Source: a virus (lineage: Duplodnaviria > Caudoviricetes). Taken from it: 57,967 nt of DNA. The notes below the pieces were generated by a model. It was given only the letters and a program-made list of their open reading frames with translations. It searched no databases and was not told the origin of the DNA. Shown piece after piece: positions 1 to 7,733 of this stretch (position 1 is its first letter; each line of letters starts with the position of its first letter). Both the position numbers and the translations under genes were made by a program. The stretch spans positions 1-57,967 of the IMG/VR virus record IMGVR_UViG_3300030101_003566. One strand, 5' to 3'.

Positions 1-1
1 T

Positions 2-679
2 TGGTTCGTTGGAGAAAACGTTAGTGGACACATTAAACTCGGTCTCGACACCGTACTCCAGGACTTGGCGAGTGAAGGTTACGACACAAGGACATTTATT
101 ATTCCAGCTTCATCCGTTGGTGCATGGCACAAAAGGGAAAGACTCTGGATTATTGGACATAAGGCAGTATCCGACACCGAGAGCCTGCGACTTAGAGGGA
201 GGAGTGGTCAAGAATGTAGATCTCCACAATGGCAGTTTCTCCAGGAAGAACAAGAAGGGCGTGAGGTATGGCGTGAAGCTGAAGGATGCAGTACATCATA
301 TGGAGAAGCTGTACCCAACACCGATGGCGAGGGATTACAAAGACACAATGAACTCAAAACCAAACAAACAAGAACACCTTCTAGACAGACTAAGAACATA
401 TCCGACACCAGCAGCGAGGGATTACAAGGACTCAACGCTAAGTCCAGCGTCGATGAGTCGCAACTCGGACAGTCTACCAACCATGATGATGCGAGAAGAC
501 AAGAAAACTGGTGGCAAACTCAATCCGAACTTTGTGGAGTTCCTGATGGGATTTCCTATGAACTGGACAAAGGTCGAGTCGGAAGAATTAAAGGACTAGG
601 TAATGCCATTGTGCCACAAATAGCCTGGTTTATCGGAAACGCCATTGTATCAGCTCAGAACGCTCAAGAAGATAGTTGA
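2..679 (+). CDS. DNA (cytosine-5) methyltransferase, C-terminal part (5'-truncated; continues the gene starting at 57761)
   Basis: Frame open from nt 2: WFVGENVSG (motif VI ENV), HKRERLWIIG (motif VIII), RIKGLGNAIVPQIA (motif X). Confidence 0.9.
   Translation, partial: WFVGENVSGHIKLGLDTVLQDLASEGYDTRTFIIPASSVGAWHKRERLWIIGHKAVSDTESLRLRGRSGQECRSPQWQFLQEEQEGREVWREAEGCSTSYGEAVPNTDGEGLQRHNELKTKQTRTPSRQTKNISDTSSEGLQGLNAKSSVDESQLGQSTNHDDARRQENWWQTQSELCGVPDGISYELDKGRVGRIKGLGNAIVPQIAWFIGNAIVSAQNAQEDS
9..599 (+). CDS. Overlapping-frame C5-MTase beta-like polypeptide (TRD repeats plus motif IX); start uncertain
   Basis: Three YPTPxAxD repeats and KLNPNFVEFLMGFPMNWT (motif IX-like), in a different frame from motifs VI/VIII/X. 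Confidence 0.75.
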   Translation: MEKTLVDTLNSVSTPYSRTWRVKVTTQGHLLFQLHPLVHGTKGKDSGLLDIRQYPTPRACDLEGGVVKNVDLHNGSFSRKNKKGVRYGVKLKDAVHHMEKLYPTPMARDYKDTMNSKPNKQEHLLDRLRTYPTPAARDYKDSTLSPASMSRNSDSLPTMMMREDKKTGGKLNPNFVEFLMGFPMNWTKVESEELKD

Positions 680-1111
680 TAACATCTGACTAGGTTTAGC
701 ATAGATAACCTCTCGCATGTCCCTAATTTTACGTCTGAGAGCCTTTTTTTCGCACTCATCGACCACGTTTTGCAAGGTTTTGCTAAAAAGGTCATATTGA
801 TACCACATTATCTGTTTATCTTGAAAACGTACAACGCCAGTTTTTAATAAGGTGCGATAGTGATAATTAATGGCATCAGCTTGTAATTCTGCCCAAGTGC
901 AAATGTTTTGAAAGTCCTCGCCGTTGCCAATAATCCAATTGTGAGCTTTAAGTTTTGCGATGGAATTTTTGCGATCGCTGTGAATTATTTGTGTATCTTC
1001 TATAGCATTGATAATAACTGATCGCCACAACCTCTCTTCAGGTAATGACGGTTTATGAAATAAAGCATCTGCGGCTATTTCATATGTATTTGTCTCTACA
1101 AATTCTGCCAT
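650..1111 (-). CDS. Conserved phage hypothetical protein
   Basis: 153-aa ORF with PEERLWRSVIINAIED and DFQNIC motifs; coupled to the upstream ORF. Confidence 0.75.
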   Translation of the reverse strand: MAEFVETNTYEIAADALFHKPSLPEERLWRSVIINAIEDTQIIHSDRKNSIAKLKAHNWIIGNGEDFQNICTWAELQADAINYHYRTLLKTGVVRFQDKQIMWYQYDLFSKTLQNVVDECEKKALRRKIRDMREVIYAKPSQMLSTIFLSVLS

Positions 1112-1335
1112 TAGTGTCCATATATCTTTATTAAGTGTAATAAAGTGTCTTCGTACACTTGTATAATATATGAGTCAGCTTTCTGGTCAAGGTAAAAGCT
1201 ATAGTCTTTAAATATGCTTTCAAGCATATGCATTCTTGCAACGCCATCTAATGTTTCAGGATCAACCAGTTCAGTAACAAAGACGCTGGACTCTTTGCCA
1301 AATATATCTTCCCAAACTGATTTTTTATTAGCCAT
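1111..1335 (-). CDS. Hypothetical protein
   Basis: 74-aa ORF with TAATG stop/start overlap. Confidence 0.7.
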   Translation of the reverse strand: MANKKSVWEDIFGKESSVFVTELVDPETLDGVARMHMLESIFKDYSFYLDQKADSYIIQVYEDTLLHLIKIYGH

Positions 1336-1384
1336 ACACTATTGTAGGCATTAATCAGTCTAAAGAACAAGACTTGACATGAAG

Positions 1385-1528
1385 TTATTTTTTATAAAGT
1401 TCTTTTTCCAACTCGGCTAAAGGGTGCAACTCCTCTTTTAGCTGTTGCAGTAACTCTTCGTTGAAGATCTCTTGATCGTCCTCTTCAACGTGCGTCTGTT
1501 CTATCTTCTCTTCTTCATAATCTCTCAT
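1385..1528 (-). CDS. Small acidic hypothetical protein (47 aa, not in ORF track)
   Basis: Manual translation MRDYEEEKIEQTHVEEDDQEIF...; ATGA overlap with the upstream ORF. Confidence 0.55.
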   Translation of the reverse strand: MRDYEEEKIEQTHVEEDDQEIFNEELLQQLKEELHPLAELEKELYKK

Positions 1529-1743
1529 AGCATATCCTCAAAGTAAGTTATTTTTATTCTAAGTTTATCTAGTTCCTGGCGTGAGGATTCTTGTAAATGA
1601 TCGTCCTCTTTATGCGATGCTAAAGTATTAACCAACAAACGTAACGCCGTTTGCGTTTCATGCGACAGTTCATTGTAGCGACTAAGCTCGTGCCAGTTTA
1701 ATAAATCAGTTGAGTTTTTTTTCATTATCACCTCCGTCTTCAT
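1525..1743 (-). CDS. Hypothetical protein (start probably the internal Met near 1725)
   Basis: ORF in a leftward operon; GGAGGTG SD before the internal ATG. Confidence 0.6.
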   Translation of the reverse strand: MKTEVIMKKNSTDLLNWHELSRYNELSHETQTALRLLVNTLASHKEDDHLQESSRQELDKLRIKITYFEDML

Positions 1744-1978
1744 ATTTATTTTTAAATTTCTGCGAAACTATGTTGTGTTTTTTAGTTAGTTCTTGAATGT
1801 CAACACCTATGTCTTTGCCTGTTTCCAGTCTGACATAGTCATGTTGATGGTCGTTTAACAGTTGATGTTTTTTAAAATAAACTTGATACCATGCCATAAT
1901 TTCTTGACAAACCATGGCATACTCACCAATGTCTATTATTTTTTGCCTGATGTCTTCTAAATCGTGATCGTCAATCAT
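1706..1978 (-). CDS. Hypothetical protein
   Basis: 90-aa ORF in a leftward operon. Confidence 0.65.
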   Translation of the reverse strand: MIDDHDLEDIRQKIIDIGEYAMVCQEIMAWYQVYFKKHQLLNDHQHDYVRLETGKDIGVDIQELTKKHNIVSQKFKNKYEDGGDNEKKLN

Positions 1979-1982
1979 AATG

Positions 1983-2228
1983 TTAGTCCCTCTTATAAGC
2001 GGTTAAAAATTTACTAAGTTCTTTTTCATTCATTTTCAGTTCTTTGCCTATTTTACTGTAGTAATCCCTCATCATGACAGCTACCATTTCTCCAGCTGTG
2101 CGATGTTCATAATGTGCCAACAGATCTAACTTATCTCTGGTAGCATTACGAATGGCCATCGTAGTCCACTTGGTTTTATCTTTTTCTATTTTACTTCTTT
2201 TTATTTCCGTCTTACCTTGTATTTTCAT
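1983..2228 (-). CDS. Putative ribbon-helix-helix DNA-binding regulator
   Basis: KWTTMAIRNATRDKLDLLAHYEHRTAGEMVAVMM fits a strand-helix-helix pattern; AGGAG SD. Confidence 0.55.
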   Translation of the reverse strand: MKIQGKTEIKRSKIEKDKTKWTTMAIRNATRDKLDLLAHYEHRTAGEMVAVMMRDYYSKIGKELKMNEKELSKFLTAYKRD

Positions 2229-2237
2229 AACTGCTCC

Positions 2238-2387
2238 TTATAAATCTGCTTGATCATCGTAATGCGGTCCAGAGTCTTGCTCTAAGCACTCTCGTGCATA
2301 CTTAGCCGCTTCTTCTTCAGACATACCCATGTCTAAACCTTCTTCATACTTATACTCTAAATATTCATCGTTTATTTCACAACTCAT
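2238..2387 (-). CDS. Small acidic hypothetical protein (49 aa, not in ORF track)
   Basis: MSCEINDEYLEYKYEEGLDMGMSEEEA...; GGAGG SD and ATGA overlap. Confidence 0.6.
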   Translation of the reverse strand: MSCEINDEYLEYKYEEGLDMGMSEEEAAKYARECLEQDSGPHYDDQADL

Positions 2388-2773
2388 GCTTTATCCTCCT
2401 TTTTTTTATCTAATACATTTAAAATATCAAGAGGCATACCGTCTGGAAACCTACGCCAGTTCTTCTTACCTTGCTCTACCCTATCTTGATAATTTTCACG
2501 ACTTTTATTTTTGATGTAGTTTTCATATTCACTTTGCTCTCTTTTTATCTCATCTTTATAATACTGCACTCTGACTTTACAAAGATCTATGGTTCCTTGT
2601 TGAATTGCGATCATTTTTTCTAAACTCTGTTCCATTTCAAGTAAATATTGTTCGTGCATTGTTAGCGTTTCCTGCATTTCGCTCAAAAATGAATTATGAA
2701 AGTTATTTTCATTTGGAGTAAAGCCGTCGTCCAATAGTTTTTGCACATAACTTTTTGTTTCTATATCTGTCAT
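2384..2773 (-). CDS. Hypothetical coiled-coil protein
   Basis: 129-aa ORF with AGGAG SD. Confidence 0.7.
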   Translation of the reverse strand: MTDIETKSYVQKLLDDGFTPNENNFHNSFLSEMQETLTMHEQYLLEMEQSLEKMIAIQQGTIDLCKVRVQYYKDEIKREQSEYENYIKNKSRENYQDRVEQGKKNWRRFPDGMPLDILNVLDKKKEDKA

Positions 2774-2790
2774 TATAATCTCCTGTCTGG

Positions 2791-3597
2791 TTAAAATTTA
2801 TTTTTAAGGTCTTCTGCTACTTCATCAACTATCGTGTTGTTAAAGGTCGTTTTGTTAAACTGCTTACTAGCATTTAACCCTTTGTTATACACTCTGAGCA
2901 AGTTGGCAATGTAGCCATTTCTATTAGACTGTCCGTGCATATCTGCACTATTTTTTGAAATAGCTTTATACATACGGTCTAAATCGAAATCTCGGTGCCT
3001 CATTAAGTACAACAGACCCATTAAAAATCCACTTTTTTTGTACTCTCTGAAATATGGCTCTAAAGAGAGGATAAACTCAGCTCTCATTTTAGCTAATTCT
3101 AGGTTTTGAATCTTCATCGTGCCTTCAGTAAAACCTGATGATCTTATGTTCGCAACTGTTGTCAACAGTAACACGCTGAAATGCACTCCCAGTTTATACT
3201 TATCAATAAACCATTCGGCAGTTCGATAATTACTGTGATTGGTTTTACCATTACTATTTGTTTCTTCATCAATTTCTTTACCAACCCAATAGTGTAAGTA
3301 ATCCTTTTCTGACCATCTACTGGTGGTGCTGTTTAGACAAGCGATGTCGCTTTCAGTAAGCACTTTGGTTATAAAATATGGGACAGGTAAATTTAATTTT
3401 TGGTAAGCGAAGAAACGATGTTGTCCATCTAAGATCTGAAACTCATCATTTACCTGGATCGGTTGGTGTAAGTCTTTTATTTTAATACTATCAACTAATT
3501 TATTTACCCATGTTTGTTTGATCGGTCGATTGTTTGGATATAAAGTAAACAACTCATAATCTTGACTGTATTCTATTTCCATTTTTTCTTTTTTCAT
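2791..3597 (-). CDS. ParB/Srx N-terminal domain protein
   Basis: NNRPIKQTWVNKLVDSI...QPIQVN...ILDGQHRFFA; start moved to ATG 3597, which has a GGAG SD. Confidence 0.8.
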   Translation of the reverse strand: MKKEKMEIEYSQDYELFTLYPNNRPIKQTWVNKLVDSIKIKDLHQPIQVNDEFQILDGQHRFFAYQKLNLPVPYFITKVLTESDIACLNSTTSRWSEKDYLHYWVGKEIDEETNSNGKTNHSNYRTAEWFIDKYKLGVHFSVLLLTTVANIRSSGFTEGTMKIQNLELAKMRAEFILSLEPYFREYKKSGFLMGLLYLMRHRDFDLDRMYKAISKNSADMHGQSNRNGYIANLLRVYNKGLNASKQFNKTTFNNTIVDEVAEDLKNKF

Positions 3598-3949
3598 AAT
3601 GAATTCTCCATCGCTAATTAATCTTTTCCCTCCTTCCTTGTTTATTAGACCTTCGTCTAATTGATTTAACTTAGTAACTTTAGAATACTTTAAATTTTTT
3701 ATATTGCAAGACCTTTTCAACACTTTTTTTATATTATTTTAAATATAGTATGTGTTAAATAATATGGATAATACTGATATGGATATGATGATAAGTTCAG
3801 GGGCAACGATACAACATGCCCCAAATGCCCCCTCACTCATCTATAGGATTTACAATGATTAATTATAAAACAGGTCAAATTTACCATAGTGGGGTAGCAA
3901 AGTCCAACTATTTACTGTAATATATCCATAGAAATAAACGAGTAAGTAG

Positions 3950-4615
3950 TTGATTATGGACGATAATTTACCAAGAAAGGTGAGCCGTACCCCCTCAGCC
4001 CAAAAAACCATTGATCTTAACGATGAATTTATCGTAAATTGGCGTGTAAACATGGCCGGTAAGCGTAGTTTTTACTTACGAGATAGTCAGGTAAACTGTT
4101 TATTGATTAATTATTCGAAGAAAGGTAGTCATTCCTTCGCTTATGATTATCGACACGGCAAAACCCATAAATCTAAGGTTTTTGGGTATTTTCCAGCGAT
4201 GACGACCGAAGATGCTCGGCTCAGGGCACTAGAGATTGATAATGATTGCATCAAAAACAACAAAAGTTATGATGATTTGTTTGAGATACACCGGTTGCCA
4301 AAGACATTGTACTTTTTAATGACACCTGGTGGTCAGATAAAAATTGGTCAGTCTACTGACCTATTCAATCGGATTCAAACATCAGGAGAATTAAGTGAAG
4401 GATCTGTAATTTTGGGTTTCCGAGAGGAGAGTAAATTTGTTAATGAGAGTAAATTAAAGTATTTGTATCGCACTTTTCAAGAAAAAGGTAGCGAATATTT
4501 TAAAAAAAACGACTTTTTGTTAGATCTTATTGCTCGTTTTTGCGTTTTTCGGGATTCTGATGTGCAAATTGCACGGCTCATGGGGCAACAAGACATAGAA
4601 ATTAGCCAAAAATAG
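3950..4615 (+). CDS. Integrase-type Arm DNA-binding domain fused to a GIY-YIG/T5orf172-like domain
   Basis: LRDSQVNCLLINYSKKGSHSFAYDYR...FGYFPAMTTEDAR (Arm-binding pattern), then LYFLMTPGGQIKIGQSTDLFNRI. Confidence 0.65.
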   Translation: MIMDDNLPRKVSRTPSAQKTIDLNDEFIVNWRVNMAGKRSFYLRDSQVNCLLINYSKKGSHSFAYDYRHGKTHKSKVFGYFPAMTTEDARLRALEIDNDCIKNNKSYDDLFEIHRLPKTLYFLMTPGGQIKIGQSTDLFNRIQTSGELSEGSVILGFREESKFVNESKLKYLYRTFQEKGSEYFKKNDFLLDLIARFCVFRDSDVQIARLMGQQDIEISQK

Positions 4616-4629
4616 GATTTTTTTCCCAT

Positions 4630-4867
4630 TTTCTACTATGCAACTGCTTACAAAAACTTTTTTTAAAAACATTTTGCAGAATACACAAATATTTTAGGAA
4701 ACTAGGAAAAATAAGATAAGAATAGGGTTTTAAGGATTTATAACTAGGAAAATTTTAGGAATTATTCCTAGTTTTTAGGAAAAATAGCATAAATAATCAA
4801 AAAACCGACTAAAAAAATAGAATTTTTTTTATTTTTTTTTAATTTCTAAGGGTGTGCATAGTAGAAA
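4630..4867. repeat. 13-bp inverted repeat enclosing TAGGAA iterons (origin- or pac-like)
   Basis: TTTCTACTATGCA 4630-4642 and TGCATAGTAGAAA 4855-4867; TAGGAA at 4695, 4703, 4745, 4756 and 4776, inverted at 4765. Confidence 0.75.
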
Positions 4868-4879
4868 TTAGGACAAAAG

Positions 4880-4908
4880 TTGCTATTTTAAGTTAATTTT
4901 ATGATAAT
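4880..4908 (+). promoter_or_regulatory. Sigma70-like promoter of terS (possibly leaderless mRNA)
   Basis: TTGCTA-17-GATAAT; ATG 4915 lies 7 nt downstream with no SD. Confidence 0.45.
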
Positions 4909-4914
4909 TATTCA

Positions 4915-5412
4915 ATGGGATCACATAAATCAGTAGCATTACGTACAGAAAAAGACTTAACTTTAAAACAAAAGAAGTTTTTAAAGATATTAGTTAAAAA
5001 TTGGGGAATGATTTCGCAAACAGAGGCGGCATTACAAGCCGGATATGGCAAAAATGAAAATTCAGCGAGAGTTATGGCTAGTAAAATGCTGGATTCAAAG
5101 AAAAACCCACATATTTCAAGAGTTTTAGAAAACATGTTAGCCAAAGAAGCTGAGAAATATGAAAAAGATAAATTAAGACGTTACAAAACATTTGAAAGAT
5201 TACGAGATGGGGCAGAAAATAAAGGGCAGTTTACAGCATCAATCAATGCCGAATATCGATCAGGTCAATTAGCTGGATTGTTTGTAGATAAAAAAGAGAT
5301 ACAACATTCAACACTTGAAGGTATGTCTAGAGAGCAGTTAGAAACCAGATTGCAAGAGCTTGAGGATAAGATAGGTGCAAATACAATCATAATACAAGAA
5401 AGTCAAGAATGA
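4915..5412 (+). CDS. terS: Terminase small subunit
   Basis: LTLKQKKF...SQTEAALQAGY...ARVMASKML HTH typical of TerS; C-terminal GQLAGLFVDKKEI. Confidence 0.8.
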   Translation: MGSHKSVALRTEKDLTLKQKKFLKILVKNWGMISQTEAALQAGYGKNENSARVMASKMLDSKKNPHISRVLENMLAKEAEKYEKDKLRRYKTFERLRDGAENKGQFTASINAEYRSGQLAGLFVDKKEIQHSTLEGMSREQLETRLQELEDKIGANTIIIQESQE

Positions 5413-5522
5413 GTTAAATCATATCTACTTATAGTTATTGAGCACAACTAAAATTGTTAATATCCAAATAGCTAATGGAATAGATAAAATTATCGTAATT
5501 TTTACAAATAAAATTAGTCTAT

Positions 5523-5807
5523 TCATTCTTCATTATATTGCCCACATTCACATGGAACTCTTGAATGTATATCATCGTAAGATGATGATAAATTATAGTA
5601 CCCTTTACCAGCACACATTTTACATTCTGTGAACGCCCCCTCTCTATAACAATTTAGTTCTAATTTTAAGCTTTTCTCGTCAAGATCTTTATATTCTGCA
5701 TACATAGTTTCCTCTATCCACTTTAACAACTCTGCTCGGCTGTCATCTTCCATAGCATAAAGTCTAATTCGCACTAAATCATCTATCATTTCTTCTCTAG
5801 TCATCAT
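5523..5807 (-). CDS. Hypothetical protein with CxxC...CxC Zn-finger-like tail
   Basis: ECKMCAGKG...PCECG; GAGGTGAATGATG start. Confidence 0.7.
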   Translation of the reverse strand: MMTREEMIDDLVRIRLYAMEDDSRAELLKWIEETMYAEYKDLDEKSLKLELNCYREGAFTECKMCAGKGYYNLSSSYDDIHSRVPCECGQYNEE

Positions 5808-6011
5808 TCACCTCTCTTTAATAAAAAATCTATCCATAATAATTTCTACATCACCAACAATATCGCAAAATTTATCTTCTGCTTCTGGAGTTCTCTCACC
5901 ATCTTCATCACAGACTGAGTCAATAGCCGAAAACTCCAAAATATGCTCTGACAATTCTGAATATAGCTCAACCCATATTTCTGTTGGTATTTTTATTTTA
6001 TCTCTCATCAT
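5808..6011 (-). CDS. Small acidic hypothetical protein
   Basis: 67 aa; junction-repeat RBS and start. Confidence 0.75.
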   Translation of the reverse strand: MMRDKIKIPTEIWVELYSELSEHILEFSAIDSVCDEDGERTPEAEDKFCDIVGDVEIIMDRFFIKER

Positions 6012-6207
6012 TCACCTCCTCTCTATTTCTAATAAAATTAATAAGTTTTTCCCAGTCGCCTTTATATGCTTTACCAGTGAACAAAACTTGATTGTTCTCA
6101 CCATGTCGCATTGTTATCCTAGAGTTTTCTAAACTTAGAATAATTTCTGCACTTCCTTCAGCTGGTTCTTTAAAATCCCTTTTTCCTAGTTCATTTCTAG
6201 TCATCAT
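5998..6207 (-). CDS. Hypothetical protein
   Basis: 69 aa; junction-repeat RBS and start. Confidence 0.75.
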   Translation of the reverse strand: MMTRNELGKRDFKEPAEGSAEIILSLENSRITMRHGENNQVLFTGKAYKGDWEKLINFIRNREEVNDER

Positions 6208-6349
6208 TCACCTCCCACCCTAATAATTTGCAAATCTTGTCATAAGTTTCTTGTCCAGAACTAGAAAATCTATCATAATCCCAACCCATTAAATCTACTA
6301 GTTCAAGCAACTGTTCAAATTGCTTTTGTGTAATTTTTTTATTCATCAT
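6197..6349 (-). CDS. Small hypothetical protein (50 aa, not in ORF track)
   Basis: MMNKKITQKQFEQLLELVDLMGWDYDRFSSSGQETYDKICKLLGWEVNDD; junction-repeat start. Confidence 0.7.
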   Translation of the reverse strand: MMNKKITQKQFEQLLELVDLMGWDYDRFSSSGQETYDKICKLLGWEVNDD

Positions 6350-6362
6350 TCACCTCTCTTAT

Positions 6363-6575
6363 TTATGTCCCCCTATTGGTTACTGTAAAATATTCTGCCA
6401 TTCCATAAATCCTTATTGACTCATCTTCTTTTAAATTGGCAATCTTGCGTAAGTCCTCAATATCCAAATTAAACTCTTCGTCAATAAAATCTATAAAGTA
6501 ATGCGTTCTAGTTTCGTTATCGTACCCACCTTCCTCTGTCCATTGACAGAGGTATTCATTTTCGCAGATAGTCAT
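6363..6575 (-). CDS. Hypothetical protein
   Basis: 70 aa; AGGGGGCAAAATG start. Confidence 0.7.
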   Translation of the reverse strand: MTICENEYLCQWTEEGGYDNETRTHYFIDFIDEEFNLDIEDLRKIANLKEDESIRIYGMAEYFTVTNRGT

Positions 6576-6583
6576 TTTGCCCC

Positions 6584-6772
6584 CTAATCTTCGTCAATAA
6601 TACAGTTACCCAGTTTATTGTAAGCACTGACAATATCTGGATCAGTATCATCTGTGCCACCATTTGCTTTTATTTCTTCCTTTAACAATCCAACTATTTC
6701 AAATATTTCAGCAATATTTAACTTGACTGAATGTTCTTGCGATTGCAATTTGTTTTCTTGGTCTCTTTCCAT
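6584..6772 (-). CDS. Hypothetical protein
   Basis: 62 aa; AGGGGGCAAAATAATG start. Confidence 0.65.
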   Translation of the reverse strand: MERDQENKLQSQEHSVKLNIAEIFEIVGLLKEEIKANGGTDDTDPDIVSAYNKLGNCIIDED

Positions 6773-7053
6773 TATTTTGCCCCCTCTATTTTTTCAAACT
6801 CCTTTTCCCAACCTACTCTTAAAACTGGGCAATCTTTGTCGTCATTACTTGCGAACAATGCCCCACCATCATTTCCTTCGTCATCTCTTGATGGATATAT
6901 CCATGTGCCATCATCAAGTAATAAACAAATAGGGGCAGATTCCCACCCCATTTTTTTACAATCGTAACTTGACATATATTGCACTTCTACAATCTTCTTA
7001 CCGACAAAATCTTTCTCGGCTTTTTCACACCAATGTGCATATCTATTTTTCAT
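6772..7053 (-). CDS. Conserved phage hypothetical protein
   Basis: VGKKIVEVQYM...LDDGTWIYPSRDDEGNDGGALF; GGAGGTAG SD. Confidence 0.8.
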   Translation of the reverse strand: MKNRYAHWCEKAEKDFVGKKIVEVQYMSSYDCKKMGWESAPICLLLDDGTWIYPSRDDEGNDGGALFASNDDKDCPVLRVGWEKEFEKIEGAK

Positions 7054-7298
7054 TGTGCTACCTCCTCATCTTCTGTTAAAATCGTACCATTGGATAATTC
7101 AAGATCATAAAACTCACTAGCATTCCACGACCACCAATTTTCTATCATCTTTTCATTCATTATTGTCCAATCGCAAGACAATCCAATATCTAGATCGCCA
7201 GATGTTGCGTCTTCAAAATGTTTAACTAATTGTTTTCCAAATTCAATTTCACAATCACTTAAAACATCATTTATTTTAATTACTGGTTTTTTCATCAT
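7050..7298 (-). CDS. Hypothetical protein
   Basis: 82 aa; ATGA coupling. Confidence 0.7.
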   Translation of the reverse strand: MMKKPVIKINDVLSDCEIEFGKQLVKHFEDATSGDLDIGLSCDWTIMNEKMIENWWSWNASEFYDLELSNGTILTEDEEVAQ

Positions 7299-7306
7299 TT
7301 ATTTCC

Positions 7307-7624
7307 TCAACTATTTTTGTGTATCCATGATCCATAATTATGATTTACATAATCAATGACATCATGAAAATTGTTAAAATCACGATAAACATATCCTTCG
7401 CCATAATAAATAGCGTGAATGATATAAAATCTAGGAAAATCTTTTAAATCACCTCTCATATCATTGTCTTTTTCAGCTATAAATATTTGAAATCCATTAA
7501 ATTGAAAAGATGGGCATTCATCATTCGGATATGAAACATTTTTCCATTGTTTTGGTATGTTTAAATCTTTCAAACACTCAACTTCCCACCCTTGATGTTC
7601 TCTTACTAATTTAGTCATAATCAA
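7307..7624 (-). CDS. Hypothetical protein, first gene of the leftward early operon
   Basis: WKNVSYPNDECPSF motif; AGGAG SD; upstream TTGACA promoter. Confidence 0.75.
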   Translation of the reverse strand: MIMTKLVREHQGWEVECLKDLNIPKQWKNVSYPNDECPSFQFNGFQIFIAEKDNDMRGDLKDFPRFYIIHAIYYGEGYVYRDFNNFHDVIDYVNHNYGSWIHKNS

Positions 7625-7648
7625 ACTCCTATAATTTAATGTACCTAA

Positions 7649-7676
7649 ATCTTAACATATAAAGGATATATGTCAA
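7649..7676 (-). promoter_or_regulatory. Sigma70-like leftward promoter containing a shared operator-like spacer
   Basis: TTGACA-16-TAAGAT on the - strand; spacer nearly identical to 9071-9090. Confidence 0.65.
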
Positions 7677-7698
7677 ATATCTTTATATTATAAAACCC

Positions 7699-7727
7699 TT
7701 GCAAATATCCTGATTTTTCAACATACT
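7699..7727 (+). promoter_or_regulatory. Sigma70-like promoter of a candidate sRNA
   Basis: TTGCAA-17-CATACT. Confidence 0.55.
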
Positions 7728-7733
7728 AAAAAT

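Larger units (their letters stand above)
5801..6356 (-). repeat. Four identical 14-bp gene-junction repeats GAGGTGAATGATGA
   Basis: TCATCATTCACCTC on the + strand at 5801, 6005, 6201 and 6343. Confidence 0.9.

Noticed and set aside
3598-3723. N-terminal extension of the ParB-like ORF in the ORF track
   Set aside because: A better SD and ATG lie at 3597; the upstream part looks like AT-rich leader or promoter DNA
3799-3833. GGGGCA with two alternative TGCCCC partners; TGCCCCCT is antisense to the AGGGGGCA RBS of the 6575 and 6772 genes
   Set aside because: Only an 8-nt match and no clear terminator; too weak to call a second sRNA
3950-4615. Functional integrase implying lysogeny
   Set aside because: Only the Arm-binding-like part is present; no catalytic tyrosine recombinase domain or att site was recognised
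5801-6356. Regularly spaced 14-bp repeats as a CRISPR array
   Set aside because: Spacers are 130-190 bp protein-coding genes, the repeat is an SD/start signal, and there is no cas operon
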